Shown: positions 44,306 to 55,585, counted from the first letter of the stretch. The stretch is DNA of 64,000 nucleotides from an uncultured virus (IMG/VR IMGVR_UViG_3300034082_002096) (IMGVR_UViG_3300034082_002096), one strand, 5' to 3'. Notes: generated by a model not told the origin, from the sequence alone. Numbers and translations are program-made.

Positions 44306-45340
44306 TTACTCATTCTTAAGCAACCACTTGTTAGAAATTCCTTTATAAGTGATAGTATTATCAGTTGTACATTTGAATACCAAACCTTCACGTTCAGTCC
44401 CATTGATAACACTTTTTCCTTCTGCAAATGCGATAATTTCGGCTACATTAGCAAAATCATTAATATCCATTTCTTCTGCAATAATAGGAGCATGAAGTAG
44501 TCCCAACGCTTCGCAAATTTCTTTACGTTTTGTAGGATTCATATATCCGTGATTTTCAATATCGTAAATATTGAATACCCGCAGTTCTGGTGGAATTTTA
44601 AATTGCCCACTTTGAACGCTTTGCCCAATAATCTCACCTTGAATTGAAATATTTAAATTAAGTGCTTCCACTTTATTGATAATATCATATTTTCGTGCAA
44701 TTTGCCAGTAAAGATTTCCTTCTGTTTCTTCAAGGCTTAAATTACGTGAGCAAACATGAGATTCATAATGATCATCATTTGGTTTGAAGCGAACATAAGT
44801 AAATGACGTTCCATCTAGCTTTTCGGTGACTTCAAACTTTAGACCACGATCTTTCCAACCTTGAATACGATTGGTGAGATTTTGAATACGCTCTGCATCC
44901 GTCTTTGGAGAAATATGCGTTGGGAAGTTACCTTTAGCAACACCACTCAGTTGTGCAGGAAGCGGTTTTTCCCACTTTTGAATCCCAAGAAGTTCAGTAA
45001 CATCCCAACCCTCAATCGCATCCCATGTAGTATCAATTTGAATGCAAGTCAAAGGCAACAGAAGTCCTTGTGAAACCACTCCACGCATTTTCTTACTACG
45101 TAGACGCTCACCTTTTACTCCATTATATTCACGCGGCTCTTTATCCCCAGAAAGGAATGCTGCCAATTCATGTGGAATCCAAGAATCAATTTCGAAATAT
45201 ACAGCAAGATCATTTGCATGATATTCACCTTTTTTCACAATTACATGCCATCCGCCAATAACTACGATTTCAATTAAGTCTGCCCCTTCGATGGGACGAA
45301 TTTCGTCAACACGACGAATACTTGCTAGTTTACGTTCCAT
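44306..45340 (-). CDS. RNA ligase, Rnl2 / DRB0094 family
   Basis: MERKLAS, ADLIE, YFEIDSW, RGVVSQG, TEKLDGTS, SRN, QGE, EGLVFK and K.ISNKWLLK motifs. Confidence 0.93.
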   Translation of the reverse strand: MERKLASIRRVDEIRPIEGADLIEIVVIGGWHVIVKKGEYHANDLAVYFEIDSWIPHELAAFLSGDKEPREYNGVKGERLRSKKMRGVVSQGLLLPLTCIQIDTTWDAIEGWDVTELLGIQKWEKPLPAQLSGVAKGNFPTHISPKTDAERIQNLTNRIQGWKDRGLKFEVTEKLDGTSFTYVRFKPNDDHYESHVCSRNLSLEETEGNLYWQIARKYDIINKVEALNLNISIQGEIIGQSVQSGQFKIPPELRVFNIYDIENHGYMNPTKRKEICEALGLLHAPIIAEEMDINDFANVAEIIAFAEGKSVINGTEREGLVFKCTTDNTITYKGISNKWLLKNE

Positions 45341-45740
45341 TATGTTTCCTTACTGGTCTTGAGTTTTCAATGTATTCTTCAATTGTATAAATTTCAAGGC
45401 AAGAATCCTTGATAGCTTTTTCTTTCCCTGATTCCATAATTTCATCAAATGGATATAAGATAAAATCATAAACTTGGAATGGTGGCGTGGACCCATATTC
45501 TTGTATGAATTCTTTTATTTTTTGATAATATTCTTGCCATTGTTTTTGACCAGACATTTTACCTTCTGGTCTATGTGTGCTATCTAACACATTGCGTCTA
45601 GATTTATATACTATAAACTCATCTACTGCTTTTTCAAGTTCTTTTACAATTTCATCTTTTGAAATAGCATCAATTGAATATACGTGATCAGAATATGAGT
45701 CATATTCACCAGTGTTATATGTAATAAAAAATGTTTGCAT
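45330..45740 (-). CDS. hypothetical protein
   Basis: Packed ORF. Confidence 0.6.
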   Translation of the reverse strand: MQTFFITYNTGEYDSYSDHVYSIDAISKDEIVKELEKAVDEFIVYKSRRNVLDSTHRPEGKMSGQKQWQEYYQKIKEFIQEYGSTPPFQVYDFILYPFDEIMESGKEKAIKDSCLEIYTIEEYIENSRPVRKHNGT

Positions 45741-46308
45741 AATTTTTCCTAATTAGATACGAATACCAGCAGCCTTGAAATCAAAGTCTTCATCAACGGT
45801 AAGAGTAACCGCAGGAGAACCTTCATTCATGTAGTAACGATTATAGTCTTCGTCTTCGCATTCGTCAAGCAGAAGTTTGTCAACTTCCTCTTTATTATCA
45901 TACCAATGCAAGCTGGCCGATCCATCGCCACCATCACAGATTAGCCCATAAATTGTTTTTTTATTCATTTTGTTTCTCCATCAATCAACACCATTTCTGC
46001 AACCGCTGATTTTACCCCGTCCATCAATTTGATGAGACGTTTATTAATCTTTTTCTGTTCTTCAAGTTCTTTTTTTAATTCTATGATCTCGTCACGATAC
46101 CTTGTAACAGAACTTTGGTATCCAGTATTATAGGCATTATAATAATGCTTATACTGAGAATGTAGCCATAAAATACGAGCATGTGCTTCTTTGAGTAATT
46201 TGGCTTCTTTGATTTTGCCTTTTTCAACCAACCACATACCATCATCTGCAAGATAATGCTTTTTAATCTCATCTTCAACATTCAGATTTGTTATCATTAT
46301 ATACCCTA

Positions 46309-46692
46309 TTATTTCTGTTGGTGAAACAATACAATTTCAAGTTTAGTTAAATCATATCCGCCTTTAGCATCCATGATGGTTATAGAAATGGGCATAGGAC
46401 CATTCTCTGTTTCCATCATAACAGTAAGCTTTCCGGCAATATTTTCTTTTTCTTGTAAAAAAGAAATAAGTTCAGAAAGAGTAAAGGTATGGCGAATTGG
46501 AGACGCATTTTGGTATGGACCGATATGGTGTTTTTGCATAAACAAGTCAGCTTGTTCATCAGTATGAAATTTAATATCACTATAAAATTTTGATTGATCA
46601 TAGTCATATTCATCAAACCATTGCATAGTCACAATGTTCCAATCACCACCTGATTTGTAAATACGATAATATGGGTCGCTCTGATCGTCCAT
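46309..46692 (-). CDS. hypothetical protein
   Basis: Packed ORF. Confidence 0.6.
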   Translation of the reverse strand: MDDQSDPYYRIYKSGGDWNIVTMQWFDEYDYDQSKFYSDIKFHTDEQADLFMQKHHIGPYQNASPIRHTFTLSELISFLQEKENIAGKLTVMMETENGPMPISITIMDAKGGYDLTKLEIVLFHQQK

Positions 46693-46747
46693 AATTCTTA
46701 CCTATTTTGATCTTCTATCATATGGATACCATGATTATAGAAGTTAG

Positions 46748-47293
46748 TCAAGTCCTAAAATAATTCTCGACACGAGTAGCATTCAATTGCGGAACTAGTG
46801 TTAAAACGATCCAGTTAGCCATGCCTTGTCCATCATGTTCTTCTTTCACCATTACTGCACATTTTTCATTTTTAAAATACCCAACAAAATAGTCCCATAT
46901 CTCTTGGAATTCTGCATTTCTTTTTTGTGCAGAACGAATCCATTCTTGTAGGGTATAATCTGTTATTTTTGTATATGGAACTTTATTATTTTCAATTTGT
47001 TCAACAAATTTTTCTTTAATCTTATTAATCAAATCAGTTTTTTCTTGTTTTGCTTTACGAATTTTTTCTAAGTCAGCATTAGCTTGATCTCCAATGTTTT
47101 TAATTTTTGCATCTTCCAATTCGTCTAATGTTTTTTTTAATTTATTTCCAAGCGTATCGTCAGTCTGGGCTTTTACATGATTATACATTTTTATACTTCT
47201 CCATATTTCATGATTATACATTTTTATATTTTTCCATAATGGTTTGTAGATCAGAAAGAATACGATCAATTGGTACTTGAACTTTAACAGCAT
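46748..47293 (-). CDS. hypothetical protein (true start probably at one of the duplicated MYNH sites)
   Basis: EEHDGQG...W motif; 33-bp duplication at the start region. Confidence 0.65.
   Translation of the reverse strand: MLLKFKYQLIVFFLIYKPLWKNIKMYNHEIWRSIKMYNHVKAQTDDTLGNKLKKTLDELEDAKIKNIGDQANADLEKIRKAKQEKTDLINKIKEKFVEQIENNKVPYTKITDYTLQEWIRSAQKRNAEFQEIWDYFVGYFKNEKCAVMVKEEHDGQGMANWIVLTLVPQLNATRVENYFRT
47176..47238. repeat. 33-bp tandem duplication
   Basis: CATGATTATACATTTTTATA(C/T)TT(C/T)TCCATA x2. Confidence 0.9.
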
Positions 47294-48110
47294 CTGTTAA
47301 TGAACCATAGTGATGTTCTAGACAATTCATCAATAATTCTTTTATTTTATCTTCGTTGGGTGAATGTTGTAACTCTGATTTTGTATAAAGTTCTTCTAGA
47401 TGTTTTTCTTTATCGTCAAACCAACTACGTAGCTTTTCTTCACTCCAATCACCACGGCGAATTGATTTAAGAATTTCACGATTGCGTTCAATATCTAAAT
47501 CATGCTCTAGAAGGATTTGTTCTCCTTCTAGTGCCAACCTAACAACATGATACGCAAACTTAACATCATAGCCAAATTCTTCAATAGAAGCGTTACGTTT
47601 TGGATTCGATGAGTTTGCCTTGGTTTCAATTTTATGTAATTGGGCATAAGCATATCCGCGAAATTTGTGATATGAACCTTTATGCAAAAACATATGGCGA
47701 TTATCACGAATCATTTGTGCAACAGGTGTGCAGAATAAAACACATCGCTGTGGAACAAAGAGGCTGTCCAACATATTTGGATTGTTTTCCATACATAGTT
47801 GAATATATTTAACAATAGAATAGATCGTCAAATCATATTCTTGTCTAGTAGACGCATCTTTGATATGATGTTCTTGATATTGTTCAAATCGTTGAATTTG
47901 TTGACCAAACCCACTGATTTCTCCACGCAAATGTGGAAATATATCTTCCTTGGGTGGAATACAAAATCCGTAAATATCCATGTCAGATGTATCATTCGAC
48001 ACTGCGTATGCAGTTGAACCCATGATAACTTCATAGTGCATATTTTGTGGCAACCATTTTGGTGGGTGTGCCAATCCTTTTTGTGCTAATGTAACAACTC
48101 TGCCAGCCAT
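47214..48110 (-). CDS. DNA polymerase beta-superfamily nucleotidyltransferase
   Basis: GS.AY......SDMDIYG, NPN..D.LF, F.GYA..Q and YD.K.AYH.VRL motifs. Confidence 0.88.
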   Translation of the reverse strand: MAGRVVTLAQKGLAHPPKWLPQNMHYEVIMGSTAYAVSNDTSDMDIYGFCIPPKEDIFPHLRGEISGFGQQIQRFEQYQEHHIKDASTRQEYDLTIYSIVKYIQLCMENNPNMLDSLFVPQRCVLFCTPVAQMIRDNRHMFLHKGSYHKFRGYAYAQLHKIETKANSSNPKRNASIEEFGYDVKFAYHVVRLALEGEQILLEHDLDIERNREILKSIRRGDWSEEKLRSWFDDKEKHLEELYTKSELQHSPNEDKIKELLMNCLEHHYGSLTDAVKVQVPIDRILSDLQTIMEKYKNV

Positions 48111-48199
48111 AATGTTTACCTCGTTTATTCATTGTAACCTAACATAATTTTACTAGTCTGTCAACACCTAAATATTAAGATCATAAAGGATTTAATAAT

Positions 48200-48610
48200 A
48201 TGAAAAAAGTATTTTGGTATATAGCAGGTATGTTTAATCTAGGAATGGCGTATATTGGTTTGGTCACTCCAGGAATTCCATTTTCTATATTTTTAGTAAT
48301 GGCAGCATTTTGCTTTAGTAAGAGCAGTGAACGTATGCATAATTGGATTTATAATCATAAAATTTTCGGACCATTTTTAACTAATTGGAAAGATAAAAGA
48401 ATATTTCCAAAAAAAATGAAATATGTAATGGTTTTAATGATGGCATCAACTGTTATATTAACCTATATATTCACAGGTAATTTGAATGCAGTTCTTTATA
48501 GTGGACTATTCATGGCATTAGTAGCAATTTGGGCATGGAAATATCCTAGTTCAGTAGAAGAATATAATCATAGAAAAGAAAATGGAAAAAAGATTGCATG
48601 GCTAAGATGA
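48200..48610 (+). CDS. YbaN/DUF454 inner-membrane protein
   Basis: IG...PG.P...FL..AAFCFSKSSERMHNW...H..FGP.L.NW. Confidence 0.88.
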   Translation: MKKVFWYIAGMFNLGMAYIGLVTPGIPFSIFLVMAAFCFSKSSERMHNWIYNHKIFGPFLTNWKDKRIFPKKMKYVMVLMMASTVILTYIFTGNLNAVLYSGLFMALVAIWAWKYPSSVEEYNHRKENGKKIAWLR

Positions 48611-48779
48611 ATTCTTACCATGCAATCTTATAGATAATTTTGCAATTTCATCCATATACTGAGAAATCAATAATGCATAATTTTTTTCGGTGATCGGTGA
48701 ATTTAATTTCTCTTGAATAAGTTCATTTAATTCGATGAACTTATTCTTGAGTTCGATTGCCAGAACATTAAATTCTGTT

Positions 48780-49238
48780 TTACTTATATTCAACACGCGG
48801 ACAATATCTTTGCTTCCACGATTTGTATTTGGTTGCAATTATACCATCTGGGATATTATCCTTTTCTCTACGTTCACGGCGATTTTCTGCAAGGGTTTTA
48901 AAGTAGTCGTAACCATATACCAAAGAAATAATAAATCCTATAAAGAGCAAAATAGAACTTACTATTATCAACGATGTGATGGGATTAGTTACCACTTGAG
49001 TTACAAGAGCAGTAGATAGCAAGCCAATGACCAATGTTAAAACAACAAGCCAAAATGCACTAAAGAATGTCATTCTCCAATACGAACAGAAGTCGCTTGG
49101 TAGTCGATATTCGAACATTCGTTTATCTAGATTACCAACAGTTGTTTTCATAAAGTAGTTTAGCTTATAGTGGAAAGAGTTTTTATTTACAACAAAATTA
49201 TTCATATCATACTCCAAATTTTTCTGTGACCATTTCAC
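48780..49238 (-). CDS. membrane protein
   Basis: DFCSYW...two TM segments...KQRYCP.VEY. Confidence 0.7.
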   Translation of the reverse strand: MKWSQKNLEYDMNNFVVNKNSFHYKLNYFMKTTVGNLDKRMFEYRLPSDFCSYWRMTFFSAFWLVVLTLVIGLLSTALVTQVVTNPITSLIIVSSILLFIGFIISLVYGYDYFKTLAENRRERREKDNIPDGIIATKYKSWKQRYCPRVEYK

Positions 49239-49647
49239 CAGAACGTTTCATATCAACTTTTGCACCAAACTGATCACGAATTGCTTTCATGATTTCACCT
49301 TTTTTTGGAGTTTCCCCCATCTTTGTGCGAGTGGTCATGTAATTATCAAGATAAACAGAAACTTCTTCTTCTGATGCCATTTGTGGCAATACAGAGGAAA
49401 GAATTTGTTTTTCAAAATTAAACGCAATTTTCCGACCATCATCTGCTGCCAAGTTGATGTTTCCATCAATAGTAACAATCAACTTTTGCACAACTTTAAT
49501 TGCTTCATCTTCTGTTGTTTGACGATTTCCATTATTTTTACCAACCTTTTCGACTTCGCTTAGTGCGAACGTAATAGATGCGGCAATAGGATTACGTTCT
49601 TTACGGAGACGCATTGATTCTGATTTTAATTTTTCAATTATTGACAT
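49207..49647 (-). CDS. YqeY/GatB-domain protein
   Basis: E..IL..VLPQM.SEEE and G.IMK......G..VD motifs. Confidence 0.8.
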   Translation of the reverse strand: MSIIEKLKSESMRLRKERNPIAASITFALSEVEKVGKNNGNRQTTEDEAIKVVQKLIVTIDGNINLAADDGRKIAFNFEKQILSSVLPQMASEEEVSVYLDNYMTTRTKMGETPKKGEIMKAIRDQFGAKVDMKRSGEMVTEKFGV

Positions 49648-49664
49648 TTTATTTCTCTACTTTG

Positions 49665-50195
49665 TTAAACAATATATATATCGGTTTCTATACTTGCGGT
49701 AAACTCGTCAAATGTATTACACAGTTTAATTCCATGATGATTACAAAACATAACCACATTTCCTTTTCGCCAAAATCCATCTGGGCAACAGACTATCACT
49801 TTATCTGGATGCAACGATCCATATGACCCCAACTCTAATAGAGTAATGGGAGATTTAGTATTCGGATCAAAGTAATAAACTATAATATCACTTATATCTT
49901 GATGTTCTAATTCCCAAGATACTTGTTCGTAAAACTTAGTTCCTTCTTCTGGAATTTGTTCCCATGAAGAATCCCAGTCGTCCCTACGCGGATTCAAGAA
50001 AAATAGATTACTATCATTTTCAAAGTGTTTGCAAAGACGATCTTGCCAATTTTCAGCAGCACCCATTTCAATACTTCCGCCTAAGAAAATGGTAATACCA
50101 AATTCAGTTAGACCTTCAATCTTATTAGGTGCTTTTATAATATTACATTTCATATTCAATCTCCTAAAATCATAGTAGCATACTGTGTTACTCAT
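49665..50195 (-). CDS. nucleoside 2-deoxyribosyltransferase-like protein
   Basis: IFLGGSI....A..WQ, NPRR..WD, QV.WEL, SPITLLELG and GFWRKGNV motifs. Confidence 0.88.
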   Translation of the reverse strand: MSNTVCYYDFRRLNMKCNIIKAPNKIEGLTEFGITIFLGGSIEMGAAENWQDRLCKHFENDSNLFFLNPRRDDWDSSWEQIPEEGTKFYEQVSWELEHQDISDIIVYYFDPNTKSPITLLELGSYGSLHPDKVIVCCPDGFWRKGNVVMFCNHHGIKLCNTFDEFTASIETDIYIV

Positions 50196-50196
50196 G

Positions 50197-51345
50197 TCAA
50201 GAAATTTTTTCTGGCATAGCCGTTAATGATTCAAATATAATATCGTTAACATCATCTATTCTGGTTGTATCTTTTCCAACATTTTTTTCTTTTTTGAATT
50301 CTCCATATACGTTTAATCCGTATATTCTAGAAATTTTATCCATGTCTACTGATGATAACATAATATTATTATCAGTAGAATTCGTAAATTTAGATTTATC
50401 TGGTGAAAATTCTTTACCACTTGAAAAACCAAAATTAGGCTTTTCTATGCTATATCCAAATATTTTCCCAAATGTTTTTTCTTTGTAGTTTGGCTTTGGG
50501 TCTAGCTTAGAAAATACTATTTTATTGAATTTTTCTTTGATAAAGTATCCATCTTCGATAATGTATGCATTATTTGCATCATCTTTCAATGAAAAATATT
50601 CAACATCTTCTTCTTCTATAAAACAATTTAGCAATTCATCTACTTTAACTGCTTCTAATTTAGTGGTATCTTCACTATCATAAACTGGTTCAAAATTCAT
50701 ATCACTTAATACCGACAAGGCATTTTCTAAATTGAATTCAATGTCTTTTGTATGAAGTTTAATTGTTTTCCCATATGCACCGCCTAGTTGATTTTCTAGT
50801 TCTTCCCATGAATTTGGCAATCCTACATTTGCAATGCTTAGTGCAATTTTCGCATTTTCAAACTTATTGATATAATATCCTTTTGATTGATATTTTGTAA
50901 CTCTGATAAGACTATTCAGTGGATACTTTGTTTTTGGATTAAATCGAATAGTTTTAGATGCAATATCTGAATAAAAATCTGGATGGAATGTGTATTCTTT
51001 AGTATCACAGTCAAATGCTGCCATACATACAGTAAAATCAAAATGCTCAAATATATAATTAGTAGTGGGGAAAAAGTCAAAGATCATGACTTGAAATAGC
51101 ATACGTTTGCCATCATTGTTCAATATATCATTTGATTTAAATGTCAATGCCCTATTTGATACATTAATAAGATGACAACCATTTTCCATAAGAATTATAA
51201 CAGCATCCTCAAAGCCTTTTCTGCTTTTTGGATAAATGTCGTAATCGTTTATTGTAGCTTTTGTTGCAGTGGATAAGATAGAGCCACCAGCGATAAAACA
51301 TTCAGTTAATCCAATAGGATCAAAATCTTTAGGTAATCTAGACAT
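50197..51345 (-). CDS. nucleotidyltransferase-like protein
   Basis: IAGG.I......INDYDIY, FDFTVCM and R..KY..KGY motifs. Confidence 0.65.
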   Translation of the reverse strand: MSRLPKDFDPIGLTECFIAGGSILSTATKATINDYDIYPKSRKGFEDAVIILMENGCHLINVSNRALTFKSNDILNNDGKRMLFQVMIFDFFPTTNYIFEHFDFTVCMAAFDCDTKEYTFHPDFYSDIASKTIRFNPKTKYPLNSLIRVTKYQSKGYYINKFENAKIALSIANVGLPNSWEELENQLGGAYGKTIKLHTKDIEFNLENALSVLSDMNFEPVYDSEDTTKLEAVKVDELLNCFIEEEDVEYFSLKDDANNAYIIEDGYFIKEKFNKIVFSKLDPKPNYKEKTFGKIFGYSIEKPNFGFSSGKEFSPDKSKFTNSTDNNIMLSSVDMDKISRIYGLNVYGEFKKEKNVGKDTTRIDDVNDIIFESLTAMPEKIS

Positions 51346-51778
51346 ATGCGTATCCTAGTTTATTATATTATTGTAAAAATATGATTTCTCTACAGTCTTA
51401 GACATACTGATTAGCTTTGCATCCATTGCCCTTAGTTGTGTAGAAAGTGCTTTCTTTTTTAATTCATTGGTTTCTGCATCAATTCTTTTAACAAGCTTTG
51501 CTCGTTCTTCGCCAATTGCCCAGAACTTACTTTCTAATTTTCTGTGGTTCTTGACTTTTTTCTTTCGTTCTGACTTACTTTCTCTCATTTGGGTTCCTTA
51601 ACAATATGATTATACCAAATATATTTTATAAAATCTAAAATAATTGTATTTCCTAATCCTGCGATTAATCCAACAATTATTGGAAATAGCAGTGAGTCAA
51701 ATGTAGCAGCACCGATACCTCCCATAATAGAAAATAATACAATTAGGATCATTCGTTGTGGAAAAGTGTGATGATACA

Positions 51779-52402
51779 TTATTTTACCTCAATATCAATG
51801 TGTTGTAGTTCTTCCAAGCATATGAACTTAGTTCCATTAAAATCCATATTTCGATGTGAGTGCCAATGACCAAATACCCACAACTCTGGTTTGTGAATTT
51901 CAAACATTGCTTGTAGTGCTTGTCTAGTAATAGAACTTTCTAACAGTTTATATTTGCCATAGAAAAAATCTTGTGCAACTTCTTGTGGACAATCATGTGT
52001 CAGCATAATGCGTGGTTTTGTTTTTTCATATGCATCCATAACAATACTGAAATCTCGTTGAGACAATTCTTCATCAGCCCACCAACTAATTCCTTCTACA
52101 TTGTAGAAACGATCAATAGACATCGCACCACCACATACAAAAATTCCTGTTGCTGGATCATATGTTCCATCACTAACGAAGTTAGGCATATGTTTGCATA
52201 CTGAAAGATTGTCGTGATTACCACGAAAAAATTTATGTGTTGGATTGGCTAATTGCCAATCCATTACAGATTTATCCCAATCTTGTGCGTTTCCATAACC
52301 TACACCGAAATCGCCAAGTTGAATAGAATAATCAGTATTTGAAACTACAGTTTTGTATTTTTCAAACTTTCGGTGAATGTCTCCAACTATGCGAATCTTC
52401 AT
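51779..52402 (-). CDS. calcineurin-like metallophosphoesterase
   Basis: GDIH, GDFG, GNHD, THDCP and FGHWH motifs. Confidence 0.92.
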   Translation of the reverse strand: MKIRIVGDIHRKFEKYKTVVSNTDYSIQLGDFGVGYGNAQDWDKSVMDWQLANPTHKFFRGNHDNLSVCKHMPNFVSDGTYDPATGIFVCGGAMSIDRFYNVEGISWWADEELSQRDFSIVMDAYEKTKPRIMLTHDCPQEVAQDFFYGKYKLLESSITRQALQAMFEIHKPELWVFGHWHSHRNMDFNGTKFICLEELQHIDIEVK

Positions 52403-52455
52403 GATGAACTCCTTTGTATGTATTCTACCTTATGGCTATACCAGAGTCAAGTGTG

Positions 52456-53040
52456 TTATGATTCCTCGGAATCTAAATAAACGTCCCACAACACATCATA
52501 ACTTAATGGTGTGCGACCAATTTTTTCAGTATATATTTTATATTCTCTATATGTTGTTTTTCCATCTGGAAGAATACGATTATCTAGTTTTTCTTTTTCA
52601 ATTTCTTTATTGCGAAGATCATTAAGACGCCATACATTAGACATCCATTCGACATATTCTTTTGAACTAGTGTCATGAATTTCATCATGTTTTTCTGTAT
52701 CAGTAGTTTTGCTATCATCAGTTGACAATATATCTAAAAGATCATCGTCCATGATGCCATCATGATTCCCTAACAGAGAAATTGCATTTTCTACGCTTTT
52801 TATAATTTCTTCTGGCGTCAAATTATTTTGCCAGTCGTTCCACTTATCATGATCAGGTGCTAACTCTATCTCTGTCCAGTGAGTATAACCCTGAGTTACA
52901 CCATACTTGATAGCATAATGCGGATTGCTTGCAGTATACAGAATACCGCAATCTGTCTTGCAAGGAAATAGAATAATAGCATATTCATTTCCTGTTGGTG
53001 GATTAGTAATTAAATCATTCCATTTCATTGTTTTCTCCAT
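52456..53040 (-). CDS. hypothetical protein
   Basis: 194-aa ORF. Confidence 0.65.
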   Translation of the reverse strand: MEKTMKWNDLITNPPTGNEYAIILFPCKTDCGILYTASNPHYAIKYGVTQGYTHWTEIELAPDHDKWNDWQNNLTPEEIIKSVENAISLLGNHDGIMDDDLLDILSTDDSKTTDTEKHDEIHDTSSKEYVEWMSNVWRLNDLRNKEIEKEKLDNRILPDGKTTYREYKIYTEKIGRTPLSYDVLWDVYLDSEES

Positions 53041-53047
53041 ATGTTTT

Positions 53048-53071
53048 GAGGGACAGGTTTCCCTGTCCCTC
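53048..53071. terminator. intrinsic terminator after NAMPT
   Basis: GAGGGACAGG-TTTC-CCTGTCCCTC. Confidence 0.75.
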
Positions 53072-53079
53072 GTTTAATC

Positions 53080-54528
53080 TTACAAAATCAATTTAGCACG
53101 ATCACGAATTTCTTCTAAACTGTCATCTATCAGAAGTTTGCCGTTAAGATATACAGAACGAAGAAGATTAGTAGCACCAAATTTAGTAGCATAATCTTCT
53201 GATACTGTAATAACAGATGGACCTTTAGTAATACCTGTTTCGGTGATTTCAACAGAATTTGTATTATCAATTAGGACAAGACGACCTTTTTTAGAAGTTT
53301 TGCCTTTATCGGTAATTGGGTCTTTGTATACATCAACCCATTCTCCATTAATCAACGCCGCAGAACATTTCATAGCAAACTTTTGATCATCACGTTGTGG
53401 TGCTTGTAACAATGCCCCACCCATGCCAAATGCTACGTTATCTGCAGAAAATCCATTTTGTTTTAGACTTTCTAGAATATCTGTTACTGTGTCGATATTG
53501 ATACCATCGCCTTGGATGATACGAACAACATTCAATACTTTATAGCCTTTGTCGTTAATTGTAGAACCAAATGTTTTGTCCAGAAGTTTTGCAACTTTAG
53601 TTACAACTTCTACTGGATCGCCAGAGTCTGGACGAATTACAATAGTTGCACCACTGTCTATTACTTCTTGGCGTAGTTCACCACCCCATAGATTTTCAAC
53701 AGCATTAAAAATATCATAAGAATCAGATACTACAGCTACGATACTTCCCGGTTTTGCAAAGTTACGCAGCATATTGCGATATGCTTGTACTTCATTTTCA
53801 CGGCCCCACGAAGTAATAGTAGAATGTTCAGCAGCAGGAATACTAAACCCTGCCATACGAGTATTGTAATATTTCCTATGGCCTACAATAGCACCAATAG
53901 TATCAGTTCCCATAAAGTTTACAAGATGGGCCATACCACCAATTTTTGCAGATTCTTTACTGGAAGCACCACGTGCACCAAAATCATGCAGTTTGAAGTT
54001 GATCAACGAAATATCACCAGTGTCCATTAGGTATTTTGCAATTACTTTTTTGATTTCTCGTGAAGTAGTAGCAACTGTTACTGGATACCAAATTGCACGA
54101 AGTAGTGCAGTTTCCAAGAAAGTGGTTAATGGAAAGCAAATTGGATCAGTATTTTCGATAGTTACCATAACATTGTGAACAGGAATTACTGTCCCTTCTG
54201 GAATAGCTTTGATTTCAACAGGCATAAAGCCATCATGAACTTTTACGATATGTTCCCACATTGCACGATTGAATGGTTCCCCATGTTCAGTCCAAATTTC
54301 TTCTGCAAAATCAATATCTTCCATAGTGATTCTTTTTAGCAGATATTCTTTGATGAACATTTGAATACCAAAGAATACGGTTTCATCATATTTGCCACCC
54401 CGGCTTTCGATGTAACTATATACTTTTGTTGTGCCTGTTGGGTATTGGACCGTCATTGATCCTTTATAGCTATCGCTGTCTACAATGATGCTATCAAAAA
54501 TAGCATTGTTATTAAAAAAATCAAACAT
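53080..54528 (-). CDS. nadV: nicotinamide phosphoribosyltransferase
   Basis: DSYK, YIESRGG, HDFGARG, GTDT, SIPAAEHS, VSDSYD, IRPDSGDP, GMGGALLQ and KDPITD.GK.SKKG motifs. Confidence 0.95.
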   Translation of the reverse strand: MFDFFNNNAIFDSIIVDSDSYKGSMTVQYPTGTTKVYSYIESRGGKYDETVFFGIQMFIKEYLLKRITMEDIDFAEEIWTEHGEPFNRAMWEHIVKVHDGFMPVEIKAIPEGTVIPVHNVMVTIENTDPICFPLTTFLETALLRAIWYPVTVATTSREIKKVIAKYLMDTGDISLINFKLHDFGARGASSKESAKIGGMAHLVNFMGTDTIGAIVGHRKYYNTRMAGFSIPAAEHSTITSWGRENEVQAYRNMLRNFAKPGSIVAVVSDSYDIFNAVENLWGGELRQEVIDSGATIVIRPDSGDPVEVVTKVAKLLDKTFGSTINDKGYKVLNVVRIIQGDGINIDTVTDILESLKQNGFSADNVAFGMGGALLQAPQRDDQKFAMKCSAALINGEWVDVYKDPITDKGKTSKKGRLVLIDNTNSVEITETGITKGPSVITVSEDYATKFGATNLLRSVYLNGKLLIDDSLEEIRDRAKLIL

Positions 54529-54616
54529 TTTAGAACTCCTCTAAATTATATTACATGTCCTCACTGGACTCGATTTTTACTAGCACTATACTAGTAATTC
54601 TTATTTATGGTAACGA

Positions 54617-55585
54617 TTACTCATCACCAAAAAGTTTTTTCGCTGCTTCTTTCACAGCTTTATTCATAATCACTCGTTTCGCTGCAGCTATCAATTCTTC
54701 TACACTATATGATTTTTCTGCAATTTCTACGAAATCAGAAAGTGTCATATCAGAATCCAATAATGCTTTTGCCGCATCTACCATATGCTTATATTCGTAA
54801 ACTGATATTACTTCTTTGTATTCAGATTTTCCATCAGCAACATATACCACTGACGTATTGCGATAATTTGCAACTTTTTCTTCATAACTTTTTTGTTCTG
54901 CAAGTTCAGTTTCTTTTGCTTTATCAATTAGCTTATCAAGCTTTGACAAATCAATTGATTTAGTATATTCGCCTTCCAATAGAATTCGTGATTCAATATC
55001 TTTACGGATAGCGACATTATCAATACCTAATAGTTGGTAGGCATTATCAATATCATCTTCTGAGTCACCATTAATAGTAATACCTAGTGCAACCAGCCCT
55101 TTACGACGCAATTCTATTTCATCATCGGCATCATCTAATTCAGCGTGTTCACTTCCAAAGGCAGTTTTGGTAACTGGATTAAAAGTGTTTCCTTTAGTTG
55201 GAATATATCCACGAAATGTTTTTCCATCGTGATAAATGATTGCGTAAACAGGGTGTTCCCAATCTCCACCAGCCATTACACCAATGTAAGTAAAGCCTGT
55301 TCCTAGCTGTTGGAACCCAAGTTGCCATTCAGACCCACTAAAATCTGCTTGACTAGTATATAGATTTTCAAGATCAAACTCAATCTTTTTCCAATCTTCA
55401 CTTACTTTTGTAAGTAAATCGTGCATCAATAGATTATTCAATAGTGGAAAAATATTTCCATTTTTTGCGTCAGTCAAACATTCAGAATCGATTTCTTCCA
55501 ACTGATCATCTTTTAAGTTCGATGCATATTGAATAACAAGATTTTTAAATTGTACTTCTGTGACTAGTTGTGCTTTACGTGCCAT
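54617..55585 (-). CDS. hypothetical protein
   Basis: AGGDWE.PV..IIY.DG..RGYIP..GN. Confidence 0.75.
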   Translation of the reverse strand: MARKAQLVTEVQFKNLVIQYASNLKDDQLEEIDSECLTDAKNGNIFPLLNNLLMHDLLTKVSEDWKKIEFDLENLYTSQADFSGSEWQLGFQQLGTGFTYIGVMAGGDWEHPVYAIIYHDGKTFRGYIPTKGNTFNPVTKTAFGSEHAELDDADDEIELRRKGLVALGITINGDSEDDIDNAYQLLGIDNVAIRKDIESRILLEGEYTKSIDLSKLDKLIDKAKETELAEQKSYEEKVANYRNTSVVYVADGKSEYKEVISVYEYKHMVDAAKALLDSDMTLSDFVEIAEKSYSVEELIAAAKRVIMNKAVKEAAKKLFGDE

